A stretch of DNA of 61,718 bases. Origin: a virus (lineage: Duplodnaviria; Caudoviricetes). The notes below the pieces were generated by a model that saw only the letters and a program-made list of their open reading frames with translations, had not been told where the DNA came from and did no database searches. The DNA lies in the IMG/VR virus record IMGVR_UViG_3300025324_000012, positions 1 through 61,718 of that record; one strand, written 5' to 3'. Position numbers and translations under genes: made by a program. This document shows positions 47,648 to 57,266 of this stretch, in pieces. The first letter of the stretch is position 1, and every line of letters begins with the position of its first letter.

Positions 47648-49116
47648 TTGTTGCTCCTTTGTCCCATACTTGACTCGTACTGTTTGGCTATTGCTGAAGT
47701 GGGGTAAGCTATTCCTAACTTCAACCTAACTTCGTGTTCAATTTCGTCTCTTAACCTACATAACTTCTCTGCAGACAGGTAGTCAGTCCAAACAAAAGAC
47801 TTATAGTCTCCTGGTTTGCCTTTGTAGTAAGCTGCATCCTGGAGGAAGTCTACGTCCTCACTGTACAGTCTGTCTTCATTAAACGTGTAGCAGTATGTAT
47901 TTCCACCAATAGGTAGAGCATGGTCCCAATATGGCGTACCTGGATACTTGGTGATTACTGTAAGATCGAAATCGTCTGGGCGTTGTTCCAGAAGCCAATC
48001 TCTAGTATCTAGTATTGTATCTTCACTTTCCCCTGGATGGCCTGCACTCATTAGTGCCTTAACCTTCAGGCCGTGCTTGCGTGCGATATGTAACATCTTC
48101 GCGTTGTCTTCTCGTGTTGCTTTCTTATTTATATTATGGAGGATGCGTGGATTAGCCGACTCAAAACCACATAGTAACCACTCGAAGCCGGCTAGTTTAA
48201 GCGCAGCCGCCTGATCGTCATTAAATAGTTCGGCTTTGACAAAACCTCTCAGTTTCCAGGTAAATCTATACTTATCCCCTAACGCTTTAATGGCTTGCAT
48301 TAGAGGAATCATTTGAGGATTGACGTTTAACTCGTCGTCGTTTAGCATCATGGCCTTTACCCCATACGTCTGGTGTAAATGCTCCATTTCAGCAATGACG
48401 TTCTCTGTTGTCCTTAACCTAATACGCCGTAGCATATATGATTCTCGTCCACCACAAAAACCACAAGCGAATGGGCAACCTAGTTGAGCTACTACGTGCA
48501 TTGCCCGTTCACCTTCAATCTCGTAGTGGTAGCTATTAGGGTCTATTAGTGTGCGATCTGGCCAAGGCGAGTCAGTGAAGCCCTGCGACGTTAGCCAGTG
48601 TTCTGATTTAGGATCGTCTGCGTCTATCAAATTATCTTTGCGAGAAAACCATCCTGTGGGGCCACTTATAGCTTGATGGATAGCATTCTCTCCGTCGCCT
48701 GTGACGACTACATTATAATGTCCTAGTAATCTTGTCAAGGAGGAGCATCCTCTACCTAGCTTAGCCCTTAGACGCTCACCCTTTGTCGCAGCATTAACTA
48801 GTGTCGCGTGGGGACCACCTAAAATTACTTTTGCTTCAGGTAATACCTCCCTAATGACCTTAGTAATCTTAATAGCTGCTGGCATTTGAGGAGTTGTTGC
48901 TGTCATGGCAAAGGTGGGAAGCTCACCTTTGTTCTTAAGGATGTTACAAATTACAGGTACCTCCTGTTCATAAGTGGATACCCCAGAGAAATCCCAATGA
49001 TCTACATTATGACCTGCGTTTAACAATGATGCTCCAACTTTTAATATTCCAAGAGATGGGAATACCCTCTCATCCAATAGAAATCCACTTGGAGGTGTGA
49101 TTAGTATTATGTTCAT
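47644..49116 (-). CDS. Cobalamin-binding radical SAM enzyme (class B-like)
   Basis: PSLG, GGPHAT, GDGE, CPFACGFC, GFES, YPGT. Confidence 0.92.
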   Translation of the reverse strand: MNIILITPPSGFLLDERVFPSLGILKVGASLLNAGHNVDHWDFSGVSTYEQEVPVICNILKNKGELPTFAMTATTPQMPAAIKITKVIREVLPEAKVILGGPHATLVNAATKGERLRAKLGRGCSSLTRLLGHYNVVVTGDGENAIHQAISGPTGWFSRKDNLIDADDPKSEHWLTSQGFTDSPWPDRTLIDPNSYHYEIEGERAMHVVAQLGCPFACGFCGGRESYMLRRIRLRTTENVIAEMEHLHQTYGVKAMMLNDDELNVNPQMIPLMQAIKALGDKYRFTWKLRGFVKAELFNDDQAAALKLAGFEWLLCGFESANPRILHNINKKATREDNAKMLHIARKHGLKVKALMSAGHPGESEDTILDTRDWLLEQRPDDFDLTVITKYPGTPYWDHALPIGGNTYCYTFNEDRLYSEDVDFLQDAAYYKGKPGDYKSFVWTDYLSAEKLCRLRDEIEHEVRLKLGIAYPTSAIAKQYESSMGQRSNK

Positions 49117-49334
49117 TTTCTCTCAATCAGAGTATCTTTTTCCCCAAAGTAACCAAATTCAGACATTACAATAAATTTACGTTTATCCAGTGGGGTCTGC
49201 TTATCCATCTTGAGAAAGTTTAGAATAAACGATTCACTTATTCTGGGGTTAATTTCCATTAGTGTTGCTCTTGGTTGTTTCACTTCAGGTGTCAGCAGTT
49301 TTTCGATGGACCTCAACCTCACAAACACCTCCAT
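49113..49334 (-). CDS. Hypothetical protein
   Basis: Operonic ORF. Confidence 0.55.
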   Translation of the reverse strand: MEVFVRLRSIEKLLTPEVKQPRATLMEINPRISESFILNFLKMDKQTPLDKRKFIVMSEFGYFGEKDTLIERK

Positions 49335-50026
49335 GGTAAAACGTCACGAAAATCATCATAAATTAACCTATGTCCTTGCTTATGCATTTCCTCATCGCTG
49401 CCCCATTTTGTACTTCGACACCACTTCAAATACTCCCCAGTAGTAGCAGTGAGTCCCCCATGGTGCATACATCGCACGCCGACTAGTCTTACTTTATATC
49501 CTAGTTGATGAGCCTTGCAGCATATCCAGTAGTCATAATTGTGGTGTGGTGGGTATCTGTCGACTGGCCATCCTCCTGCGCTGTCAAGCAACTCCCGGCG
49601 TACTATTAAGCAGAACCCGTCTAACACGGCTACTTCGCATGAACCTGCGAAGCGTGTACCATGATTCTCAGCATCATCAGTATTAGACATATAATCGGCG
49701 CGGGCTAATTGCTTATAGTCATAGGGGATTTTGTAGATGTTGTCTACTCCATGATTCTTTGCGCCCCCAAACCCGACGACGCCCACGCTTTCATCTTCAA
49801 ACTCCTTTACTACACGTTCCTGCCAATCACTCTCATCAATAGTCACGTCATCGTGGATAAATGCTAGTATGTCTGCGCTGCTTTTCTCGTATCCTAATTG
49901 ATAGCTTTGGATTACTCCCTTGTTATGTTGTTTATTATTAATAATAGTTACTGGGTAGTTAATTCTTATTTCCACACCAATTAAGTCGGTGTCACGCATC
50001 ACCGGAACTATCACTTCTAGCTTCAT
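49319..50026 (-). CDS. Glycosyltransferase family 2-like
   Basis: FIHDD, VAVLDG, H.YD..IC; GGAGG RBS before ATG 50026. Confidence 0.85.
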   Translation of the reverse strand: MKLEVIVPVMRDTDLIGVEIRINYPVTIINNKQHNKGVIQSYQLGYEKSSADILAFIHDDVTIDESDWQERVVKEFEDESVGVVGFGGAKNHGVDNIYKIPYDYKQLARADYMSNTDDAENHGTRFAGSCEVAVLDGFCLIVRRELLDSAGGWPVDRYPPHHNYDYWICCKAHQLGYKVRLVGVRCMHHGGLTATTGEYLKWCRSTKWGSDEEMHKQGHRLIYDDFRDVLPWRCL

Positions 50027-50216
50027 CAATCCTCCCTGTTCGCATATATAAGGCTTGACCATCATCATAGTTAAATATAATGTCTATAGTATCGACAGTA
50101 GCTGGTATGCCTAGTTTCTCTACCAATTCAGCTATATAGGCCAGACCAGCAACTTCCCTTTCACGTTGGATTTTATCAGCGTGAAGTTTCTGTCTAAACT
50201 TGTCTAAGAAACTCAT
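49992..50216 (-). CDS. Hypothetical protein
   Basis: Start revised to MSFLDK; ATGA overlap. Confidence 0.55.
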   Translation of the reverse strand: MSFLDKFRQKLHADKIQREREVAGLAYIAELVEKLGIPATVDTIDIIFNYDDGQALYMRTGRIDEARSDSSGDA

Positions 50217-51361
50217 TTTAGTCCTTCTAGTATCCAGCGTTTCCAAGGAAACCAAAGATTCTTCCAGTCAAGATGTTCTACTGAGGCTCTACAATACTCA
50301 GGTTCTGGTTTTTCTTCTAATGTCTCCAGAATAACCTCAACAAAATCCTCAGGATTATAAATAGGGCGCAGACTATTGCCTAAACCCTCCACCCTCCAAT
50401 TGCTAACGCCTACTAACCAATCTTTGTTGGGAATCAATTCTGCCTGCCCACCAAATTCCCCTGTAACTACTGGCACACCACACGATAGAGATTCAACCAC
50501 GGGATAGCCAAATCCCTCTCCTAATGTTGGGAGTATTGTTAGATCACACGCGCTGTAGAGATATGACATTTCAGTATCCGAATATGGCGTGTCATATGTG
50601 ACTTTAATCCAGTCATAAGCGTTATAATCTGCAATTAATGCCTGAATATTCCATGCATGAGAGCGTTGTAAAACATCAACATGACACCAGAATCGTACTG
50701 CTTGATTTTGACGGTGAAGCTCTGACATCGTCGCGAATGCCAATCCCCAATCCTTCCTAACTTGATTAGTCATGCAACAGCCCACCACTACGTCGTTTTC
50801 CCCAAAACCTAATGTCATTCTTCCAGCGGTACGCCCACGTGGCTGAAAGGTACTAGTATTTATTCCATGCGGAATATAATCACTTTCAAGTATTTTTGCA
50901 CCGAAATGAGTATAGGCTAATTTCCTATCGTAGCCCTTCAGTGCCGCGCTGCTTAGCACCGATAATTTCCCATTAGGTCCGTGTGAATCAATTGGGAAAT
51001 ATCCCCAACGGCTAAATCTGCCACTTGTTAAAAATCTATATAGGTTGACAGGCAACGCTTCCTGTCGGGGACTGCCGAACCAATGGAGTCTAGACGCATC
51101 CCAGATGCTGAAGATGATACCTTTTTCAGTGCCTGCAAAGTCTTGCCAGACGCGCTCAATTAGAGCTTCTCCCCATTGGTAGGTTTCATCGAAATTGTAT
51201 TGGACGAAAGGTAATTGTCTGCTGCCATGTCCTCCCCTACCTGAAAACCCAACACGAAACTCTGGTAGAGAAGATGTTAAGCAAGATAAATCTCTACCTA
51301 TCCTAGCTAAACCTGTACGTAGGTCTGGACTGTCTCCGAGGAAAAGGATTGGAGTAATCAT
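50213..51361 (-). CDS. Glycosyltransferase family 4 (GT-B)
   Basis: DSP...TG, IPHG, N..RK, EGFG.P.VE...CG.P. Confidence 0.92.
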   Translation of the reverse strand: MITPILFLGDSPDLRTGLARIGRDLSCLTSSLPEFRVGFSGRGGHGSRQLPFVQYNFDETYQWGEALIERVWQDFAGTEKGIIFSIWDASRLHWFGSPRQEALPVNLYRFLTSGRFSRWGYFPIDSHGPNGKLSVLSSAALKGYDRKLAYTHFGAKILESDYIPHGINTSTFQPRGRTAGRMTLGFGENDVVVGCCMTNQVRKDWGLAFATMSELHRQNQAVRFWCHVDVLQRSHAWNIQALIADYNAYDWIKVTYDTPYSDTEMSYLYSACDLTILPTLGEGFGYPVVESLSCGVPVVTGEFGGQAELIPNKDWLVGVSNWRVEGLGNSLRPIYNPEDFVEVILETLEEKPEPEYCRASVEHLDWKNLWFPWKRWILEGLK

Positions 51362-51512
51362 TTTGTTTTCCTAACATATCTCGAATCAAGACATTCTTGA
51401 CAACATCGTTGAGGTTTAGGAGGTCTGACAGGACGTTTCAAACAGACAATACATATTCCCTCTTTACGTGCTGCCTCACGCTCTTTAGCCATCCACTTTG
51501 CTGAGGCTTGGC

Positions 51513-51821
51513 TCATACTTTTCCTCTTGTAGTTGATTTGACATGCGCGTCGTAGTGAGACCTTGGATTTTCCGGGTAAAAACTTTCTAAAAATGCGTAA
51601 TTACATACATTATAAAGGTGCTCAATATTTCCGTTTTTGTGGTAGGCTCTAACTTCTAGTTCCATGCGACGCATATATCGTCGTTTAGGATTCATTCTTC
51701 CGTAACGCGCTGCGCCCACAGCCAACCGATTCGCAGCCTTTTGTATGAACTCAAGAAACTTTTTCCCTTTCCCAGGATCAAGTTTCTCGGTTATTTCAGC
51801 CCATTCAAACTTCAATGTCAT
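51513..51821 (-). CDS. Small all-alpha protein, possibly related to nucleotide diphosphohydrolases
   Basis: L..GA.RYG...HL....NY..L pattern. Confidence 0.45.
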   Translation of the reverse strand: MTLKFEWAEITEKLDPGKGKKFLEFIQKAANRLAVGAARYGRMNPKRRYMRRMELEVRAYHKNGNIEHLYNVCNYAFLESFYPENPRSHYDAHVKSTTRGKV

Positions 51822-51981
51822 TTCCCCTCCAATCTCGCTTCAAGCTCCATTAAATCTTCCCCAAAGTTTGGTTCTCCTTGGTAGACAGCTAATTTCAATT
51901 GCTTTCTAATGAACTCGACTATAGCCTCAGTCTTTCGATGTGTTTCTTCATCGAATTTCATCTCTACGTAGAATGGGACTA

Positions 51982-52197
51982 TCATACTTTTATCTCTTTC
52001 CAGTTTTTAGGGACTGTACCCCTAATAATATTAGTGCACTTTTCTGAGCAGTGCTGGAAGTCATATAACTTTTGCTCCGGGAGAAGAAATGTAATATGGA
52101 GTCCCATCGCTTCTTCTGTTTTTGATTTCAAACATCCCGGGCACATAAATAATCCCTTTCCAAGTGATACGTAGCTTCTATGAACTTCAGTTATCAT
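51982..52197 (-). CDS. Small Zn-finger protein
   Basis: CPGC...CSEKC. Confidence 0.6.
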   Translation of the reverse strand: MITEVHRSYVSLGKGLFMCPGCLKSKTEEAMGLHITFLLPEQKLYDFQHCSEKCTNIIRGTVPKNWKEIKV

Positions 52198-52379
52198 TTG
52201 ACTCCTTTTCGAGTAACGTATGCCTCAAGCACGTGCAACTGAACTAATCTAGTTCCAGCTTCCATGCGCTTGACTGCTACATCATATTCGTCAGGGTTTA
52301 TACTCCCATTAATAAAGCGTTCAGCTGCCACAATATACTTGGCATAAACTTCTCTTAAGTCTCTCCTCAAGTCTTCCAC
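52194..52379 (-). CDS. Hypothetical protein
   Basis: Operonic ORF. Confidence 0.55.
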   Translation of the reverse strand: MEDLRRDLREVYAKYIVAAERFINGSINPDEYDVAVKRMEAGTRLVQLHVLEAYVTRKGVK

Positions 52380-53551
52380 TTCTCACCCCCAAGAAATTCA
52401 GCAGCAGCTTCTTTCTCCAGCTTATACATTAACCCCTCTTTAGACTTGTGTACTTTAACTATGCCAGCTTGAGTTAGAGTCTCTGTTATTCTATCAAGGT
52501 CAAATGCATCAAAATGAGGCCAGCCTTTTCGCAGGAGAAGCTTCCTGCTGATTTCTTCATGCTTTAGCAGTAACCTAATTACGTCACTAATCTGCTGCGA
52601 TAGGGCATTAGTCCCACCCTTCAACATTACCTTTCGCATTCCAGGCACGCATTCTTGACATACCTCCATTGATTCCTCCATATGTTTTTCCTCAACTATC
52701 AGATTAGTGCTTTCTGCGAGAGATATTAACATTGCAACTTTAAGCACTTGATCGTGTATGCGTTGAAGCGTTCCAGTTGGATCTTCTTTAGACCTAAGCT
52801 CGTCTTGTAGGGCTAGATACCAAGGGGAGTATAGCTTCTTAGCTTTCTCTGTAATTAAAATCTCACCAGCTAATTTAGATATCTCAACAAGGTATTTAGA
52901 GAATGGAGACAAGTCCAGCATCTCTGCCGGTTCCATTAAGTCATTAACTTTGGAAAGGGAATCTGCTTGAACAAAAAATGTTCGGGCAACGAACCCTCCC
53001 CCGTTTGCTGACTTCGGCAATGTCTCACTTAAATTTGTCTCATTAGACGCACCTAAGACTACAAGATATGGATTAATTAAGCGCCGCTGTTCCATTGCTA
53101 GAGTATTAACCCAACCATTTTCGTGAGCATTAGTATCATACAGGTCAGTAAGACAATAGACAGCAGCAGGGTCGTCGATGATGAAAGATGCATATTCCCC
53201 TGACGCAAGAAACGCCTGTGCATAGGTGTGTATCTTACCTGTTTCACTAGTCTTAGCGACGCTTAGCTCTTTTATGACTCCTTGTATCGAGACGCGTCCG
53301 CTTATGACGCGTATTACGTCGGCTTGCTCTACTAGATTCTTAGCAATTGATACAGGGAAGCCCTTCCGTAAACCGCTGCGCCCAATTAGAAATACGTAGA
53401 TATTTGGATATAGCTTGTATAGTCCGCCTTTGTTTATCCAAACATTCTTCCTCATCACGGCAGATATCGCCGTGAGGGCAGACCAGTAGATATACTGTTT
53501 AGGACTCTCAGCCTTATCTGTTGCGTCTAGGAGGTCTTGAACCCAACTCAA
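52367..53551 (-). CDS. DUF3987/YfjI-like AAA+ ATPase (probable replicative helicase)
   Basis: ESP..Y..W, YPN.Y..L.G.SG.RKG, GF.AR, KVAM. Confidence 0.8.
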   Translation of the reverse strand: MSWVQDLLDATDKAESPKQYIYWSALTAISAVMRKNVWINKGGLYKLYPNIYVFLIGRSGLRKGFPVSIAKNLVEQADVIRVISGRVSIQGVIKELSVAKTSETGKIHTYAQAFLASGEYASFIIDDPAAVYCLTDLYDTNAHENGWVNTLAMEQRRLINPYLVVLGASNETNLSETLPKSANGGGFVARTFFVQADSLSKVNDLMEPAEMLDLSPFSKYLVEISKLAGEILITEKAKKLYSPWYLALQDELRSKEDPTGTLQRIHDQVLKVAMLISLAESTNLIVEEKHMEESMEVCQECVPGMRKVMLKGGTNALSQQISDVIRLLLKHEEISRKLLLRKGWPHFDAFDLDRITETLTQAGIVKVHKSKEGLMYKLEKEAAAEFLGGEKWKT

Positions 53552-54480
53552 TTTGCTACCTCACTGAATTTGTAATCCTCTAAATCTTTCAAGTTAGTCC
53601 TCCCAATTTTGAAATCTGAAGGAATGATTATACTTCCTCTCGATAATGTACATCGCGCAAAGTCAATTGGCTCTTCCATGATAGTCTTAGCACATGGACA
53701 GAATAGGTCAACTATTTCTTCTCTAACCAGCGCAGTAAATGAGTCGTGGGATTCCATACAGAAAAACCAATGTTTGCCGTAGTAGGGAATCTCTGCCCGC
53801 ATACGTAACATTGCACGTTTCAGCGCGTCGGGAATAGTAGATTGTGGTATCTGCGCGTAAGCCTCCTTGAAGATATCGTCGCCCCACTTGCCTAAGAATT
53901 GCCTTGGCCGACCAAACGGATTAATAATTACCCGGTTGTTATGGCCTAGTGCGTCTTGAATCTCTTTGTAGAACACGCCGCGTATATTAGGTGAGTTCTT
54001 ATGGAATAGCTCTAATGCCTTACCTGCTTTCCATTCACTTACCTGCGCAGTTATTGCTAACCTATGTTTACCCCCATCATAATTTCCCATGTGACGTGTT
54101 ATTTTACCCAACTGTCTCTGCGCGGTGGTCATCTTTGTTGGTGTTAAACCTGATTCTAACCAACTACCTGTTACTCTATGAATGTCATATTCTGGTAATT
54201 TGGTCTTGTCGAACATATCGAATAGGTGCAGAGCGTATTCATCACGTGCTAGAAGAGCCACTAACCTAGCTTCTGCCTGGGATTTATCAGCTTCGATGAA
54301 TACATATCCAGGATCAGGTATTAGCATGGAGCGTAGATCAGCTCCAACATCGCTGAACTTTGTGAGGGTTTGAAATGCAATTCCTTCAGCCTCTGGAGTC
54401 AGAGGTGGCTTCAGCTTGGACGTAGTGGTACGACCAGTCTCTGTTCCACAGAAGTTAAATGAAGTGAAGAGACGTTTCAC
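53548..54480 (-). CDS. polA: Family A DNA polymerase, palm/fingers part
   Basis: TETGR, motif A DKSQAEAR, motif B RQLGKITRHMGNY, motif C HDS. Confidence 0.92.
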   Translation of the reverse strand: MKRLFTSFNFCGTETGRTTTSKLKPPLTPEAEGIAFQTLTKFSDVGADLRSMLIPDPGYVFIEADKSQAEARLVALLARDEYALHLFDMFDKTKLPEYDIHRVTGSWLESGLTPTKMTTAQRQLGKITRHMGNYDGGKHRLAITAQVSEWKAGKALELFHKNSPNIRGVFYKEIQDALGHNNRVIINPFGRPRQFLGKWGDDIFKEAYAQIPQSTIPDALKRAMLRMRAEIPYYGKHWFFCMESHDSFTALVREEIVDLFCPCAKTIMEEPIDFARCTLSRGSIIIPSDFKIGRTNLKDLEDYKFSEVAN

Positions 54481-55963
54481 ATTCCCTCGGTTTAGCCTTA
54501 ATATAGGTTGAAATTGTTTTCTTTATTTTTCTCAGACTTAGTACCAATTCTATAATTCTACGTTTGCGACCATCCTTGACGACGTTATTGAGTAAGCTTT
54601 GTAGGGTATCTTCTCCAACATCTTTACGTAATGGTATTTTCAGATCGTGGAATAATAGAAGTGGAACTTGCTTCGTGTTAGAGTTTACGTTTATTTCATA
54701 GCCCACAAGCTGATCCAACTCAGCCTGCTGCTCGACGTCTTTTCCTTCATACTTCTTTAGAAGATCTTTTTGCCTTGCGTCGTCCCGTAACAAACCTATT
54801 TGATCCATCTCATAGTATAGCCTGTGCATAGGCATTATGTGACTGAAGAAAAAATCCAAATATCCAAGTTCCTCCATATCCTTATAAAGCACTTCATAGG
54901 CCTCATAAGTAGTGCAGGCATCTTTGTCACAGTATGTGAACACCCGTTCAATCTTATGCTTGTGCGGGTTAAAATCTTGATACTCATCTTTGTAATATGG
55001 TTCTCTTGTCAGGATTGACGTAATGAATTGCAGCTTCTTTGGTAATTCGGGGTAAACCACACTCATTGCCGCCATCGTATCGAACCAAGGGTCTGGGCAT
55101 GGTAGGTGGCATATCTTACGTAATTTCCACTGGTCAAACTTGAAATTTTGTCCTATGATTTTAGGCTTCTTGTCACCCAGGAATTCTCGAAGAAGTTTCC
55201 ACATACCAACAAGATCGTGCATAGCGACGCCCAATTCATTAGTAGCCGACATCGCGTTACGTAATGGTACGCATAATGCTTCATAGGAGTTAAATGCCAA
55301 CGAAATACATAGTGGGATAGTGGAAGGTGATTCAATATCTGCTGATATCTTATCTAGGTGTTGGTGGCGGTTAAGAAATCTCCAAAGGTCTAGCTCTGAC
55401 CGTGCAATCCCTAATAGTCTATCGGGCAAAAGCAGTTCTTTTGTCCGTGATTCTTCAACTGCCCGTTTGAAGTCAAGACCAATGTAGGTCAAATCTTTCC
55501 AGGACATCATAGCTCCACTATCACCTTCTTCTCCATGAAGGATTGATGCTGGATGAATTGTTGGAACTACTTTTGGCAAACCGTCTAGGCTATTTAATAT
55601 ACTACCTCGCCACTTCTTAATCCCTGTTTGCCCCGTAAGGGTCTTTAACGCAAGATTTCCTATTGCAAGTATGCAATTGGGGTTGATCGTATGTACTTCT
55701 TCCCATAGTTGTGGGGTAAAATCTGAAATCGATTTTCCCAATTCCCCAAGACGATGAAGTTTATTTCCCGGCGGACGAATCTTTACAACGTTGGTGAGAT
55801 ATAATTCGTCCCTTCGCGCCCCCGCTTTATGTATTAAATCGTCAACCATACGCCCTGTTGGGCCGGCAAATGGATAACCTTTTTCCTCCTCGTGTTTACC
55901 AGGAGCTTCCCCTACAAGCATCAGTTTTGCTTGTGGATTTCCTCGACCTGCTACGTAGATCAT
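54455..55963 (-). CDS. polA: Family-4 UDG-like domain, 3'-5' exonuclease and thumb part of the family A polymerase
   Basis: GEAPG..E...PF.G, HPA, DIES, QN..FD, Y...D, NVNS..QV; start revised to MIYVAG. Confidence 0.9.
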   Translation of the reverse strand: MIYVAGRGNPQAKLMLVGEAPGKHEEEKGYPFAGPTGRMVDDLIHKAGARRDELYLTNVVKIRPPGNKLHRLGELGKSISDFTPQLWEEVHTINPNCILAIGNLALKTLTGQTGIKKWRGSILNSLDGLPKVVPTIHPASILHGEEGDSGAMMSWKDLTYIGLDFKRAVEESRTKELLLPDRLLGIARSELDLWRFLNRHQHLDKISADIESPSTIPLCISLAFNSYEALCVPLRNAMSATNELGVAMHDLVGMWKLLREFLGDKKPKIIGQNFKFDQWKLRKICHLPCPDPWFDTMAAMSVVYPELPKKLQFITSILTREPYYKDEYQDFNPHKHKIERVFTYCDKDACTTYEAYEVLYKDMEELGYLDFFFSHIMPMHRLYYEMDQIGLLRDDARQKDLLKKYEGKDVEQQAELDQLVGYEINVNSNTKQVPLLLFHDLKIPLRKDVGEDTLQSLLNNVVKDGRKRRIIELVLSLRKIKKTISTYIKAKPRECETSLHFI

Positions 55964-56115
55964 AGTGGCCTGTAGCGCTTGAAGAACATCCAACTACTCA
56001 CCACCGCGACTAATTCCCAACCATCTTTTCCCTTCTCGTTGAGCGTGTCTTCGACATCTTTTAGGTGTGGACTAACAAAACCTGCAATTTTATATTCCCA
56101 CATTGGCATTTTCAT
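55960..56115 (-). CDS. DUF4177-like small protein
   Basis: Own translation: WEYK...LNEKGKDGWELV...FKR. Confidence 0.75.
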   Translation of the reverse strand: MKMPMWEYKIAGFVSPHLKDVEDTLNEKGKDGWELVAVVSSWMFFKRYRPL

Positions 56116-56392
56116 AAGTCTTCTTTCTCCTTAGTCTATCTTCAATTAAATGACAATCCACGCACAAAAGAAGAACATCTTTTGTACGCTCATGACCAAA
56201 CGTATTATAGTGCTTATGATGTAATTGTAAAGGACGAGTGGTACTTTTACAACGTTGACATTTTCTACCACGCTTAGCTATAACCCTTTCACGTAACCTT
56301 TTCCACTTTTTTGATGCTATATACTTACGATATTCTGGTGTTAAATCTTTATTGTCTTCCCTTAGGTCAGCTTCTTTGAAGGTGAATTTCAT
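56090..56392 (-). CDS. HNH endonuclease
   Basis: W..LR......CQRC.....LHH...LC..CH. Confidence 0.85.
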   Translation of the reverse strand: MKFTFKEADLREDNKDLTPEYRKYIASKKWKRLRERVIAKRGRKCQRCKSTTRPLQLHHKHYNTFGHERTKDVLLLCVDCHLIEDRLRRKKTYENANVGI

Positions 56393-56569
56393 CTAATTAT
56401 TTGGGAATAACTTCTTAAAACAATAATCACAAATTATTACATTTTCCTCTGGGTTCTTAGAAGCATTTACAGTCCCAAACATTTGCTGTGCTTCCTTGTC
56501 TGCTTCCTCATCATCCCAGCCTTTCTCGTAAGTATTTCCACAAGCCTTGCAGGTATAAGTATTACTCAA
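56393..56569 (-). CDS. 58-aa Zn-finger protein
   Basis: Own translation; TTG start with AAGGAG RBS; CKAC...CDYC. Confidence 0.6.
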   Translation of the reverse strand: MSNTYTCKACGNTYEKGWDDEEADKEAQQMFGTVNASKNPEENVIICDYCFKKLFPNN

Positions 56570-57266
56570 AGTAAACTCCTTGAGGAATTTCTTTCCTAAT
56601 ATATTCGGCGCCTGGTACTAATTCACCAGTGGAATTAGTCAAACCAGTATTTACCACCACGGCGGGACGAATCTTCCCAACGCGAAAGCCTGCTGCGTCT
56701 ATTTTATTACAAAATGCTTGATCGTGCTCTTTCTCCTCAACTAAAGGACCAAATCTATCCCAGGTGCGCCATTCCATGAACCATGATTGGCTGCTTAGTG
56801 CTGAATTTGTTATCATTTTTCCACTACACTCTTGACCATCACCAAAAGCTATTTCTTTAACTTGTAATGGCTGATGGAATGGATGATTGTACCCACCAAT
56901 TACTGCGAATCCTGCACGTTTAGCTTCGGGCCAAATATCAAGCAGAGCCTCTAACCAACCTGGATGGAAGTAGCAGTCGTTGTCTGTACAGTAGAGGAAA
57001 TTACCTCTGTCCTTAACAGCATTAATTGCTTGGTTTCGAGTTACTCCTGCGTTCTTGGAAGGGGTGTCATTATGAATAAGATTTACTTCCCAACCCCTAC
57101 TAATCATTAAATTACAGCAGGTTTCTAACAAACCAACAACCTCAAATGAACTACCATCATCAACTATCGTTAAGTCTGCCTTGACGTTAGTAGACAACAT
57201 ACTCATTAGAGTCTGTGTCACTAATAGTGGTCTATCACGTGTGATTAATGTTATGTTTACTTTCAT
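56562..57266 (-). CDS. Glycosyltransferase family 2
   Basis: IVDDGS, RN, DND...PGWL. Confidence 0.88.
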   Translation of the reverse strand: MKVNITLITRDRPLLVTQTLMSMLSTNVKADLTIVDDGSSFEVVGLLETCCNLMISRGWEVNLIHNDTPSKNAGVTRNQAINAVKDRGNFLYCTDNDCYFHPGWLEALLDIWPEAKRAGFAVIGGYNHPFHQPLQVKEIAFGDGQECSGKMITNSALSSQSWFMEWRTWDRFGPLVEEKEHDQAFCNKIDAAGFRVGKIRPAVVVNTGLTNSTGELVPGAEYIRKEIPQGVYFE

